Of a DNA stretch of 64,000 nucleotides, positions 20,259 to 28,587 are shown one piece after another. How positions within the stretch are numbered: position 1 is the first letter of the stretch; each line of letters starts with the position of its first letter. A program made the translations under genes and the position numbers. The notes under the pieces are model-generated. The model was not told where the DNA came from. It was given only the letters and a program-made list of their open reading frames with translations, and did no database searches. Location of the stretch: the IMG/VR virus record IMGVR_UViG_3300030688_000011, one strand, 5' to 3'. Source of the DNA: an uncultured virus (IMG/VR IMGVR_UViG_3300030688_000011) (lineage: Duplodnaviria > Heunggongvirae > Uroviricota > Caudoviricetes).

Positions 20259-20281
20259 CTAAGGAACCTCAACTCAAACTA

Positions 20282-20356
20282 TGGCTGGCAAGGCCGGATT
20301 CGAACCGACACCTTCTCCGGTAACAGCGGAGCATCATACCATTAGACCACTTGCCA
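20282..20356 (-). tRNA. tRNA-Asn(GTT), C38 variant
   Basis: CTCCG-CTGTTAC-CGGAG; G73-CCA. Confidence 0.9.
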
Positions 20357-20360
20357 ACAA

Positions 20361-20670
20361 CTCTCACCCGGTGCTCCCGGACAGCGGACTTACTCAGTTC
20401 CGGTCGAATGGGTACGATGCCGGAACACTGCCTCTGCTGGAGGATTTACACGCATGACCTCCATTGAACTTATCGGGCACTGACTTCTAAAGCTACATCC
20501 GGCCAACGCCGCATGGTGACCAACCCTCTCGTCACATCCCCGGATTACGAGTCCGGTGCTTTGTTCAGACTCATCACGTAGGTTCCAGCCCTCGTGAATC
20601 TGTCTAGGTCTAGTCGTGACCAACGGCTGGAACCACTGGTGCCCGAAACCGAGACGGATGTTCTCGCCTC
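20361..20670 (-). ncRNA. unassigned ~310-nt pseudoknotted RNA
   Basis: perfect helices 20581-90/20625-34, 20473-80/20639-46, 20495-501/20655-61 (crossing), 20397-403/20420-26; lies between two tRNAs. Confidence 0.6.
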
Positions 20671-20676
20671 AAAACT

Positions 20677-20752
20677 TGGTGCCCCCGGTAAGAATCGAAC
20701 TCACATCCACGACTTAGAAGGTCGGTGTCCTTGTCCGTTGAACGACGGGGGC
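20677..20752 (-). tRNA. tRNA-Arg(TCT)
   Basis: CGAC-CTTCTAA-GTCG; A20; CCA. Confidence 0.92.
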
Positions 20753-20809
20753 TGTTATCAGGGATTGAACTCAGATCATAAATGAAAATACTATCTGACT
20801 TTAAACCCC

Positions 20810-21460
20810 TTGAGTATGCAAACTAAAACAAAAGTCACTTGCCTAACTTGCCAAGTAGAATTTGAAAAGGCTGAAGCTGAAATCCGTAGATCATCTCCCG
20901 GTCGTAACTTCTGCTCACGTTCCTGCTCAGCCAAACTCCGTCGTGGTCTTCAAAGAAACCCACCAAAACCTCGTACTTGTAAATCCTGCGGGGCTGAGTT
21001 TACATGCTCAACATCCCACCGGTCTTACACCTTCTGCTCCCCATGTTCTGGAAACAAGGAACATCTACTTACTCCCCACCTTCGGCTACGCAAACGCCAC
21101 GGGTCTAATGAGTATATCCGAGTAGACTTCCGCCTTATGACTCTTGAAGAGGCGATGAATTCACCTTATGTAAAAGGCAAGCACCGTAGCCACATCTATG
21201 ATTTCGTCAGGCGGTTCAACCGTTCATGGAACAAACACCTTCTCAAACTACCTTGCTTGTACTGTGGTTATAGTAAGCACAGTGAACTTGCTCACATCAA
21301 AGGCATAAAAACCTTCTCACTTGATTCTACTCTCGGCGAAATCAACAATGTCAGCAACGTCTTACCTCTGTGTCGTAACTGCCACTGGGAGTTTGATAAC
21401 GACCTCCTATCGCTTGAAACCATAAAGTTGGTGCGCCCGAGAGGATTCGAACCTCTGTAG
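20810..21460 (+). CDS. HNH endonuclease with Zn-binding repeats, antisense to tRNA operon
   Basis: FCSRSC; CLYCGYSKH..LAHIK...N...LCRNCHWEFD; 3' end overlaps tRNA-Arg(ACG). Confidence 0.82.
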   Translation: MSMQTKTKVTCLTCQVEFEKAEAEIRRSSPGRNFCSRSCSAKLRRGLQRNPPKPRTCKSCGAEFTCSTSHRSYTFCSPCSGNKEHLLTPHLRLRKRHGSNEYIRVDFRLMTLEEAMNSPYVKGKHRSHIYDFVRRFNRSWNKHLLKLPCLYCGYSKHSELAHIKGIKTFSLDSTLGEINNVSNVLPLCRNCHWEFDNDLLSLETIKLVRPRGFEPL

Positions 21461-21517
21461 AGAACTCTCGTTCAACAGATTCGTAGTCTGGTGCCTCATC
21501 CGCTAGGCTACGGGCGC
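21429..21517 (-). tRNA. tRNA-Arg(ACG) with long variable arm
   Basis: CAGA-CTACGAA-TCTG; V-arm GAAC-GAGA-GTTC; A20; CCA. Confidence 0.88.
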
Positions 21518-21526
21518 ATATATTTT

Positions 21527-21797
21527 GCACATCCTGTTCGTAGCAGGTAAAGGCAAGTACTGTGCCTTGTTCTTAGGATGTGGGCGAGAATGCTGAACTC
21601 CCTGTCCACCCCTCCCGGCCTTTCAACCGAGAGCATCCTGATTGCTCGGAACCTTTTCCAGTGTCGTCGCGACGACCCACTTGCAAGTGGTGAAGGTATC
21701 GAACCTCCTCGGAACCGTCTTGGCTTGTGCGGCCAGCATTTACTGACATATCCGGGCTATCACGCCCGATGAGGCACATCGCCTCCCCTTTCACACA
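21527..21797 (-). ncRNA. unassigned ~270-nt structured RNA with T-loop-like hairpin
   Basis: helices 21528-35/21575-82, 21589-95/21734-40, CCACTT/AAGTGG, GTCGTC/GACGAC, GGAGG-TTCGATA-CCTTC. Confidence 0.55.
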
Positions 21798-21803
21798 AAG
21801 ACT

Positions 21804-21893
21804 TGGTGTACCCGGCAGGACTCGAACCTGCATGAGACTTTCGTCAGCCCACCTTCGGAGGGTGGCGGCTAATCCAATTCACACCACGGGTAC
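21804..21893 (-). tRNA. tRNA-Arg(CCG) with long variable arm
   Basis: CCACC-CTCCGAA-GGTGG; V-arm GAC-GAAA-GTC; CCA. Confidence 0.85.
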
Positions 21894-21896
21894 AAA

Positions 21897-22152
21897 ACGA
21901 CGGTGCTTTGCGAAGCTCCTCACCATTCCGTGAGGCAGGGTTGGTTACCCGCGTCTTCCGTCTAACTCAAAAGTAAGGTGGGGGTCTTCACTTCCCGAAC
22001 GTCGTCCGCTACCAGTGTCACAGCCGCCCTAATACTTCCGGCTACGCCTTTGCCTTACTGATGCTTCTAGCATAGGTTCTGGCGGTTGATTCCCTGTACC
22101 AGTTTCCCGGTACCGGTCTTTTATCCCTTGCGGGTACCGCTACGCCCATGCC
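21897..22152 (-). ncRNA. unassigned ~255-nt structured RNA
   Basis: AGTAAGG/CCTTACT (21972-78/22053-59) crossing CCGCCAG/CTGGTAGCGG (22079-85/22006-15); GNRA-capped hairpins; no ORF. Confidence 0.5.
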
Positions 22153-22160
22153 AAAACTTT

Positions 22161-22235
22161 TGGGGGGCAATCCGGGAATCGAACCCGAGTAACCGATGCC
22201 ACAGATCGGCGTTCTGCCACTGAACTAATCGCCCC
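22161..22235 (-). tRNA. tRNA-His(GTG)
   Basis: G-1:C73; CCGAT-CTGTGGC-ATCGG; CCA. Confidence 0.92.
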
Positions 22236-22259
22236 ACATCTTTTCAAAACTTTGCCTTT

Positions 22260-22335
22260 TGGCGGGGGAGCCGGGATTTGAACCCGGAAAAATGGTTTTG
22301 GAGACCATCGGTTTGCCAGTTGAGCCTACTCCCCC
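22260..22335 (-). tRNA. tRNA-Trp(CCA)
   Basis: ATGGT-CTCCAAA-ACCAT; G73-CCA. Confidence 0.92.
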
Positions 22336-22356
22336 CAATTAGTTGTTTCAAATCAA

Positions 22357-22368
22357 TTGTCAAAGATC
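22357..22368 (-). promoter_or_regulatory. boxA-like antitermination element
   Basis: GATCTTTGACAA between the attenuator and the first tRNA; resembles rrn boxA. Confidence 0.6.
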
Positions 22369-22393
22369 GCTTTTGAGCCTGAGCCCTACAACG

Positions 22394-22420
22394 AAAAACC
22401 CTAGCCGCTTTGGCTAGGGT
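22394..22420 (-). terminator. attenuator intrinsic terminator of tRNA operon 1
   Basis: ACCCTAGCC-AAAGC-GGCTAGGGT-TTTT. Confidence 0.88.
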
Positions 22421-22445
22421 CTGTAATTCTAATCTCGGTTGGTGC

Positions 22446-22547
22446 TTAGGTGATTTTCACCCGACCATGAGATAGACACAGACCCGTGCTGCGGCGATTA
22501 TGCTGCTGCCACATGCCCCGCTTCGAATTGGTCTGTTTTAACGTCAT
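22446..22547 (-). CDS. leader peptide 1, MTLKQTNSKRGMWQQHNRRSTGLCLSHGRVKIT
   Basis: AAGGA RBS 8 nt before ATG; overlaps antiterminator strand GGGTCTGT; codons match downstream tRNAs. Confidence 0.8.
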   Translation of the reverse strand: MTLKQTNSKRGMWQQHNRRSTGLCLSHGRVKIT

Positions 22548-22585
22548 GGTAGTTTCCTTGTGCTGCTGTTTTCTGCTTCTCTTAC

Positions 22586-22616
22586 ATAATACCTGATAGT
22601 TCGGAAATTGAAACAA
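22586..22616 (-). promoter_or_regulatory. promoter of tRNA operon 1 (TTGTTT-N19-TATTAT)
   Basis: copy of the repeated promoter motif. Confidence 0.75.
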
Positions 22617-23325
22617 CTATTTTTGATTTATTTGAAAAATCTTTCGTCTGTTCCTCGCCGCTGGGGCCAGCGGTCTTCCGGGTCTTTCGCCACGTCGCTG
22701 ATAACCCGGCCACAGTAGGGACAAGTTTTGGTGATAAACACCCTTGACTCCTGCACATTCGGTAGTACAATGCGGTCGCAGTAGTGGCAGGTCTCGTGGT
22801 CGCATTGCTTCATAGTGTACCTTCGAGGAAGTTGAAGTGTAGGTCTCTGGTATAGTCGTTGTGAGTAATGTACAACGCCCTACCGGAAGACAGGCGGAGA
22901 ACGTACTCCGGCCCATGGCTTCCGTGAAAATCCACACTGGTGATGGTCTCACCCACGAGAGTCTTCAGGGTTTCCTTGCTCATCTGGTTGCGGTCTTCCG
23001 TTTGCAGTAGACTCATAGTAGTTACCTGTTCTTGTAGAGGAAAATACCAAAGGCGATAGCTAGGGGGACGATAATCCACCCACCAAAGTGAGTGAAGGCG
23101 TACCAGTCAAGGTTCCATCGAGCGACGATGTAGTCCCAAGGTGACATTACTTCTTCTCCGCTTCCTTGTCAGCCTTACGTTGAAGAAGCTGAGCCAGCCC
23201 AGCAACGCCAATGTCCAACTTGCCGTTGCTGAGCAGCCCATGCTTCTTGATGAGTTCGTCGGAGTATTCCTCCGTGATGCCGAACCCCTTCACAGCGTAT
23301 TTCGACGCCTTCATCTTCGGAGCCA

Positions 23326-24048
23326 TTAGTAGCGGCCCTTGACACTCGTGACACCGCCACGGTTGACCACGTAACCCTTGTCATCAATTCCAACCGGAAC
23401 ATCCTTCGGCGGCTCAGGCGGGAGCGGCTGGTTCATCTCAGCCACAGCCGTCTTGAACAGGCGGTCGGACATCGACTGAAGCGACGTGGACAGGCTGCGG
23501 TAGATGGCGCGGAAGGCACGGCGCACCGGGTCATTGAGGAGAGTCCACACGCTGGAGAACGGCCAGTAGGTCATCCACATCAGAATGTCGCTCTTGTGGT
23601 CATGCACCTGAGGGGCTTCCCCCTCAATGTAATTGGTGCCCAAGAATTGCTTGAAGCTGGAGACCAACGCAGGAGTTATTTCGGTCGCGTTTTTGCTCCG
23701 CAGGAACCGGTTGCTCCGCAGGAACCGGGCCTTCTTCTCCTTGTACTCTTCCAGCTTCTTGGTCACGTGCAGGAACCACTTGACCACGCCCCATACCGTA
23801 CCGGCGACGAAGTAGAGTGCGACCCCAATCACCACGTTCCACGGATGGTTGAGAACGTACATGGCTGCTGACTTCAGGTGAAGCGAGAAGAGCAAGGTGA
23901 AGCCGATGAGGAGGGTGAAGAAGGCGGCGAAGCCTGAGTCATGTTCAACATAGGCAATGGTGATGATGACGGCGGCTGCGAGGATAATCCATCCCCATGT
24001 GGAGCCGAAGGCTACGGCGGCGAGAAGTGCGATGAAGAATGCTTCCAT
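23326..24048 (-). CDS. membrane protein
   Basis: 4-5 TM segments; WMTYWPFS. Confidence 0.7.
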   Translation of the reverse strand: MEAFFIALLAAVAFGSTWGWIILAAAVIITIAYVEHDSGFAAFFTLLIGFTLLFSLHLKSAAMYVLNHPWNVVIGVALYFVAGTVWGVVKWFLHVTKKLEEYKEKKARFLRSNRFLRSKNATEITPALVSSFKQFLGTNYIEGEAPQVHDHKSDILMWMTYWPFSSVWTLLNDPVRRAFRAIYRSLSTSLQSMSDRLFKTAVAEMNQPLPPEPPKDVPVGIDDKGYVVNRGGVTSVKGRY

Positions 24049-24287
24049 GATGAATTCCTTTCAGTTACCAGAAAATGGTGATGGAGTAGTACCAGCCACC
24101 GGCAGTGCCGGGTGCGTCGGGGGTAGCTCCTTCCAGCAATTCAGGGGGCTGTCGTTGTACTGCTTCTCGTTTTCAGTGAGAGCCTCACCTACCTTGTCTA
24201 CTATCGAGCAGACGGCCAGACCACACATCTCACAGCAGCGGCGGACTGAGCCGAAGGGCTGACCGTTCTGCGTTACCAAGTGGAGGC

Positions 24288-25274
24288 TCATTTTGCCAAT
24301 GACTCCCGCAAATCCTTCAGGAACTGGTTCTGCTGAGCAAGCTGCTTCGCGGACTGAGCCAACTTCTCAGTGTGATACTTCACGTCTTCGTTGGCACTCT
24401 TCAGGGCCGCACGGTAGATGGAGAGAGGAGTGCAACGCTGTGACTCCTTCATCCACTTCTTATTGTCGGTGTCCCAGTGTTCCATCATGGCGTCAGCGAC
24501 CAGCTTGGTTACAGCCTTGCGGTCGCACTCAGGTTGCAGCGGTGAAGCTTCCTCAGCCGCTACGACATCTGCACGTAGTTGGAAGTAAGCTTCGTTCAGT
24601 TTGTCCAGAGACCAGTTTCCCGCACGGATGTCAAGCAGCACATCCACGTTCGGACGCGGGAAGGTCATGCTCCCAGTCTTCAGGAACTCAAGGCACTCGT
24701 CCAGAGAGCGGACAAGGTGCATCCCGGCCTTGGAGTCATAGCCGTGCTCGTTGATGAGTTCGTCACGCTGCCCGTGCTTGCCCGAACCCGACAGGCCGTT
24801 GATGCGTTCGTACTGGGACTTCGCCAGACCAAGGAAGGCCGACGCATGACCGGACGCGAGGAACAGATGCTTGTTGGGCAGGATGTACTTGTCCCATACA
24901 CTGGGATGGGTCACGAAGCTGTCCTTGATGGCGTCAGGCACGAAGAGGTAGCTGAGGATGGTTGGGTTGCCCTTGAGGGCGAGACCTGCCCAACGCCGAA
25001 GGCTGTACACCTTCAGGTCAACATCGCCTACCTTGTTCTTCTGGCTGTCAGGAGACGTGGTGATGGTAACGTGCCCGTCCTTCTTTGGGTCTTCGTTGCC
25101 GATGGTGAGTTCCTGTGCTGGGGTTCCGATGAAGACACCGGCCACGTCAAGGTCAGACTTACCCTCGATACGTGCCCCATGCTGGTACGAGCCTGACGCG
25201 AACGCCATGATGATGCGGTTCAGCCTCAGCTTTTCGCTGTTCAGTACATGACCGACTAGCTCACCGTTAAACAT
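24288..25274 (-). CDS. RlaP-like Pol-beta family nucleotidyltransferase
   Basis: GSYQHG...SDLDVAGVF, KGNPTILSYLF, GYDSKAGMHLVR, FPRP. Confidence 0.8.
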   Translation of the reverse strand: MFNGELVGHVLNSEKLRLNRIIMAFASGSYQHGARIEGKSDLDVAGVFIGTPAQELTIGNEDPKKDGHVTITTSPDSQKNKVGDVDLKVYSLRRWAGLALKGNPTILSYLFVPDAIKDSFVTHPSVWDKYILPNKHLFLASGHASAFLGLAKSQYERINGLSGSGKHGQRDELINEHGYDSKAGMHLVRSLDECLEFLKTGSMTFPRPNVDVLLDIRAGNWSLDKLNEAYFQLRADVVAAEEASPLQPECDRKAVTKLVADAMMEHWDTDNKKWMKESQRCTPLSIYRAALKSANEDVKYHTEKLAQSAKQLAQQNQFLKDLRESLAK

Positions 25275-25794
25275 GTCGAACCTTTCTATCCATTGCCGCG
25301 TCGATGGCAGCTTGTGGTGACCCCAGCGGGTGACCCGAGATAGACTTCCTCCGCTTTACTACGTTCCACCAGATTGTGTACCCATCGGAAGTACGCTCCC
25401 GGTGTGTAATCAAGTGAGCTTCACGAGTCTCCAGCCATTCAAAACGGTCAGCGTCAGTTCTCATAAGTTCACCTAGTGTATCACGATATCCGTCTTACAG
25501 TCATCTCATTTTTGATAGCTTCGACAACTCTCCATAAGTACGGGCGGCTGTTCTTCTTCATGTAGATGGAGTTACCCAACTTGTTGACAAGGTAGTCTAT
25601 CCCCGCCTTGGCGAAGAACGTCTGAATGGTGTCTTCCGGCATCGCCCAAAACGAGTATGACCACGCTGCATCTCCCGCAACAATGGTGACCTTACCTTGC
25701 CCCTGCTTATAGTTCTGCCAGAACACCGTGATGGGGTCAAGGCTCGAAGTGGGAGTAGAACTCGCAGGTACTTCCAACATACTCAAGTCCATGT

Positions 25795-26826
25795 TCACAG
25801 GAAGATGTTGTTCCCTTCTTGGTGGCAAACGAAGTCGGCGTCAAGCATCGACATCCACTTCTCCTTGGTGGCCTTGAAGTTGGCGAACGTAGTTGCATTG
25901 TCCGCACACCACTCGCACAGAGCGTCGAGAGTCTCGAACACTGGGCTAACCGGGCATCCTTCTCCCGTGTTGCTCCAAAGCTGGAAGCCGGGGCCAGTCG
26001 GAGGTTCCTGTTCCTTCCAGCGGTCGGCCTTCTTCTTGTGCTCCGGGGTGAGCCATACAGAACCATGCCCCTTGCAATGAGCACACTTGGTGGTGCCCAG
26101 CTTGAGCCGCTTCACCTTCGCCTTGACGCACACCCACATGTTGATGCCGTCGTGCCCGAAGCTTCCGATAGACCAGTCATTCACTTCCTGTGCGGTGGGC
26201 TTGTGACCGTTGTTGAAGTGTTTCCACTGGGCCTTGTACTTACCGTCCTGCTGCATCTTTTCCCGCTCGGTATTGTTCCAAGCTTCGATGGCCTCGTACT
26301 CAGCCTTCTGCTCTTCATTGAGAGGACGGCGAGTGAAGTCCGACAGACGGTCTCCCTTGATGAGAGCATCCACGTCAGCCTGATTCAGGTGGTGGCTCCA
26401 CTGCTCGTTCCACATGTTGCTGAGACGACGGGCCTCCCGCTGTATACCTAGCTCCAAATAGGGATGGTCTGCAAGATATGCTTCCGTCTCACCCCGCTTG
26501 TACATCTCCCAGTACAGGTTGATGCCTTGGTCGAAACCATGGTCTCCGATGAAGTCTCCCTGAATCTCGTTCTTGACGGCGAATGCACGCACAGCCGGGT
26601 GGTCGATGGTGAGCGGAGTCGAACCGTTGTCTTCCGGGCGGAAGGGGTTCTTCTCATCCTTCCCATACCATTGGTCGGAGAACCTCTTGGATGCAGCGGA
26701 CTCGCCGGAGCCCTCACAGAAAGGACAATTCTTGCAGAACTGGTAGAAGGGATTCAGGAACCCCTCGTACGTCTTGTTCATCGGCCAGTCAAAGTCCATC
26801 GCTACTCGCTTCAGTTCACGCCCCAT
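25795..26826 (-). CDS. hypothetical protein with two CxxCxGxG motifs
   Basis: CPFCEGSG, CAHCKGHG; PPTGPGFQLW...EGCPVSPVF. Confidence 0.75.
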   Translation of the reverse strand: MGRELKRVAMDFDWPMNKTYEGFLNPFYQFCKNCPFCEGSGESAASKRFSDQWYGKDEKNPFRPEDNGSTPLTIDHPAVRAFAVKNEIQGDFIGDHGFDQGINLYWEMYKRGETEAYLADHPYLELGIQREARRLSNMWNEQWSHHLNQADVDALIKGDRLSDFTRRPLNEEQKAEYEAIEAWNNTEREKMQQDGKYKAQWKHFNNGHKPTAQEVNDWSIGSFGHDGINMWVCVKAKVKRLKLGTTKCAHCKGHGSVWLTPEHKKKADRWKEQEPPTGPGFQLWSNTGEGCPVSPVFETLDALCEWCADNATTFANFKATKEKWMSMLDADFVCHQEGNNIFL

Positions 26827-27469
26827 GGGGAATCTCCAGTGATGTCTCTTCAGTTGTGGTGGTCTCGGTCAACAGACGCACGCCTTCAAGTGCGATGCCC
26901 CTGCTGGTGAGATAATTCTTGGCACGAGTGAGTACGAACTTCAGGGTCTCTTCACTGAAGGGCTCACTCAGGTGGATACCGACAGAGTAGCAAGCTCCAA
27001 ACCAGCTAGGCGTGTTCGTGGCGATGTCGCGGTACTTCTGTTCCTCACGCTCAAGGCCCTCAGGTGTCCAGCTATAAAGACCTTTGGCGGTGTACTCACG
27101 AGCCTTCTCCAGATGTGGTAGCTGATAGTCACGCTGGCACTGGCGGTACTCTTCAATCTGCTCAGGAGTGGGAGGAACATCCATCGACTGCCGATACGCC
27201 CGACCCATGCCGTTGTTCACCCAACCCGGCGTGTACTGAATGGAGCACGGGCGGAAGCATCCGTGTTCGTCCTCCGTCTGCGTAACTTTGTTATCAATTT
27301 CATCAAGGATACTGTCAGAAACACCATCGGTCTCCGCGAAGAACTTGGTTGCCTCTTCCTGACCAACCTCACACTCCCCCACCACTCCCGTGGCGTACGC
27401 GGTCACGTCACGCTCGAAGTTTCCGGCGTAGTGGTCGGTGTCCAGACAGAGAATGTAAGACTTATCCAT
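26816..27469 (-). CDS. hypothetical protein
   Basis: LDTDHYAGNFERD..AYATG..GECEVG. Confidence 0.7.
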   Translation of the reverse strand: MDKSYILCLDTDHYAGNFERDVTAYATGVVGECEVGQEEATKFFAETDGVSDSILDEIDNKVTQTEDEHGCFRPCSIQYTPGWVNNGMGRAYRQSMDVPPTPEQIEEYRQCQRDYQLPHLEKAREYTAKGLYSWTPEGLEREEQKYRDIATNTPSWFGACYSVGIHLSEPFSEETLKFVLTRAKNYLTSRGIALEGVRLLTETTTTEETSLEIPHGA

Positions 27470-27471
27470 CG

Positions 27472-27774
27472 CTACCCCACAGATACAGTGACTTTGGTGT
27501 TGACAGTGAGCGGCGTGACATGCACGACGCGGAATTCCTTGCTGTAGAACGACTGGTCACGAACCTCGTGCTCAACCGCCTCATCGAACTCGGCCTTGTC
27601 GGTGTATGCTTCGTACGAAACGAAGTCCTCGGTGTGAGCCGGATAGCCATGACCCGGAGCCCACTCACCTTCAGCGGGGACACTGACACCCGAACTACGA
27701 AGGATGACCCAGTGCTCCACCTTGGGGACTTGTGAAGCCTTGCTGACGTACACAACACTCTTATGCCTTAACAT
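27472..27774 (-). CDS. hypothetical protein
   Basis: ORF in packed run. Confidence 0.55.
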   Translation of the reverse strand: MLRHKSVVYVSKASQVPKVEHWVILRSSGVSVPAEGEWAPGHGYPAHTEDFVSYEAYTDKAEFDEAVEHEVRDQSFYSKEFRVVHVTPLTVNTKVTVSVG

Positions 27775-28587
27775 AGCTCTCCTCTGGAATGATTCTCTTG
27801 CATCCGCATGGGTGGCTCCAAGCTGGCGATGAACTCATCCACACGCTTGCACCAATCACAGCGGAAACGGTTCTCAGGGTCGGGAACTTCCGATGGGTGG
27901 GTGCAGACGACCGGGTGGTTCTTGTTCACTCGCTGACCGAGACGAATCTCTTCCAGCAGGGCCACGGCTTGTTCTAGTGGAGTCATAATCACCAAGGGAA
28001 CTTCTGGCCGGTTTTCACGGTCACAATCGCACCGACAATGACCAGCACAATCATGAACACGAGGAAAGCGTTGTCACCAACTACCTCCCAAAACTTAACC
28101 CACCCACTAATCGGGGGTCTGTTCAGCTTCGCCAACTCCAGTTCATGCTCCCGCTTCTCCTGCTCGTTCTGCAACTCGTTATCATCCATCATGCTGTACG
28201 TCCTCAGTTAAAATTCGGTTGATGTCCTTCTCGTCAATGTCCAGCAGGTAGCCATCCGGCAGCTTCACCTGATAGTCATAGGGGAGAGACCCGTTGGGGT
28301 TCAATGTCCCATCCGATGCCTTCATAATCTCCACTGGCTCATCACCATGAACCATACCATGCGAGACCAGCGTGAGATAGTTCAGACTACCGTATCCTCG
28401 TTCGTAGCGCAAGACTACCTTGTCGCCAACATTACGCAGCATTCTTCTTCCTCTTCTTCTCGGTTGGGTCACTCGTTGTGCAGGAACTCGAACAGGAGAC
28501 GGTACCCGGTCTCTTCCTGCTCAGGCGTGGTGATGTCGTAGCAGAGAACGTTGGGGCCGGTCTTCCGGTTGCCGTACATGAGAATCT

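Noticed and set aside
19299..20345. Short ORFs across the tRNA cluster
   Set aside because: They overlap tRNA genes and lack RBSs.
20361..22152. tmRNA, RNase P or SRP RNA calls for the structured segments
   Set aside because: No GAGGAAAGTCC/P4 motif, no tmRNA acceptor ends with a tag ORF, no SRP helix-8 motif.
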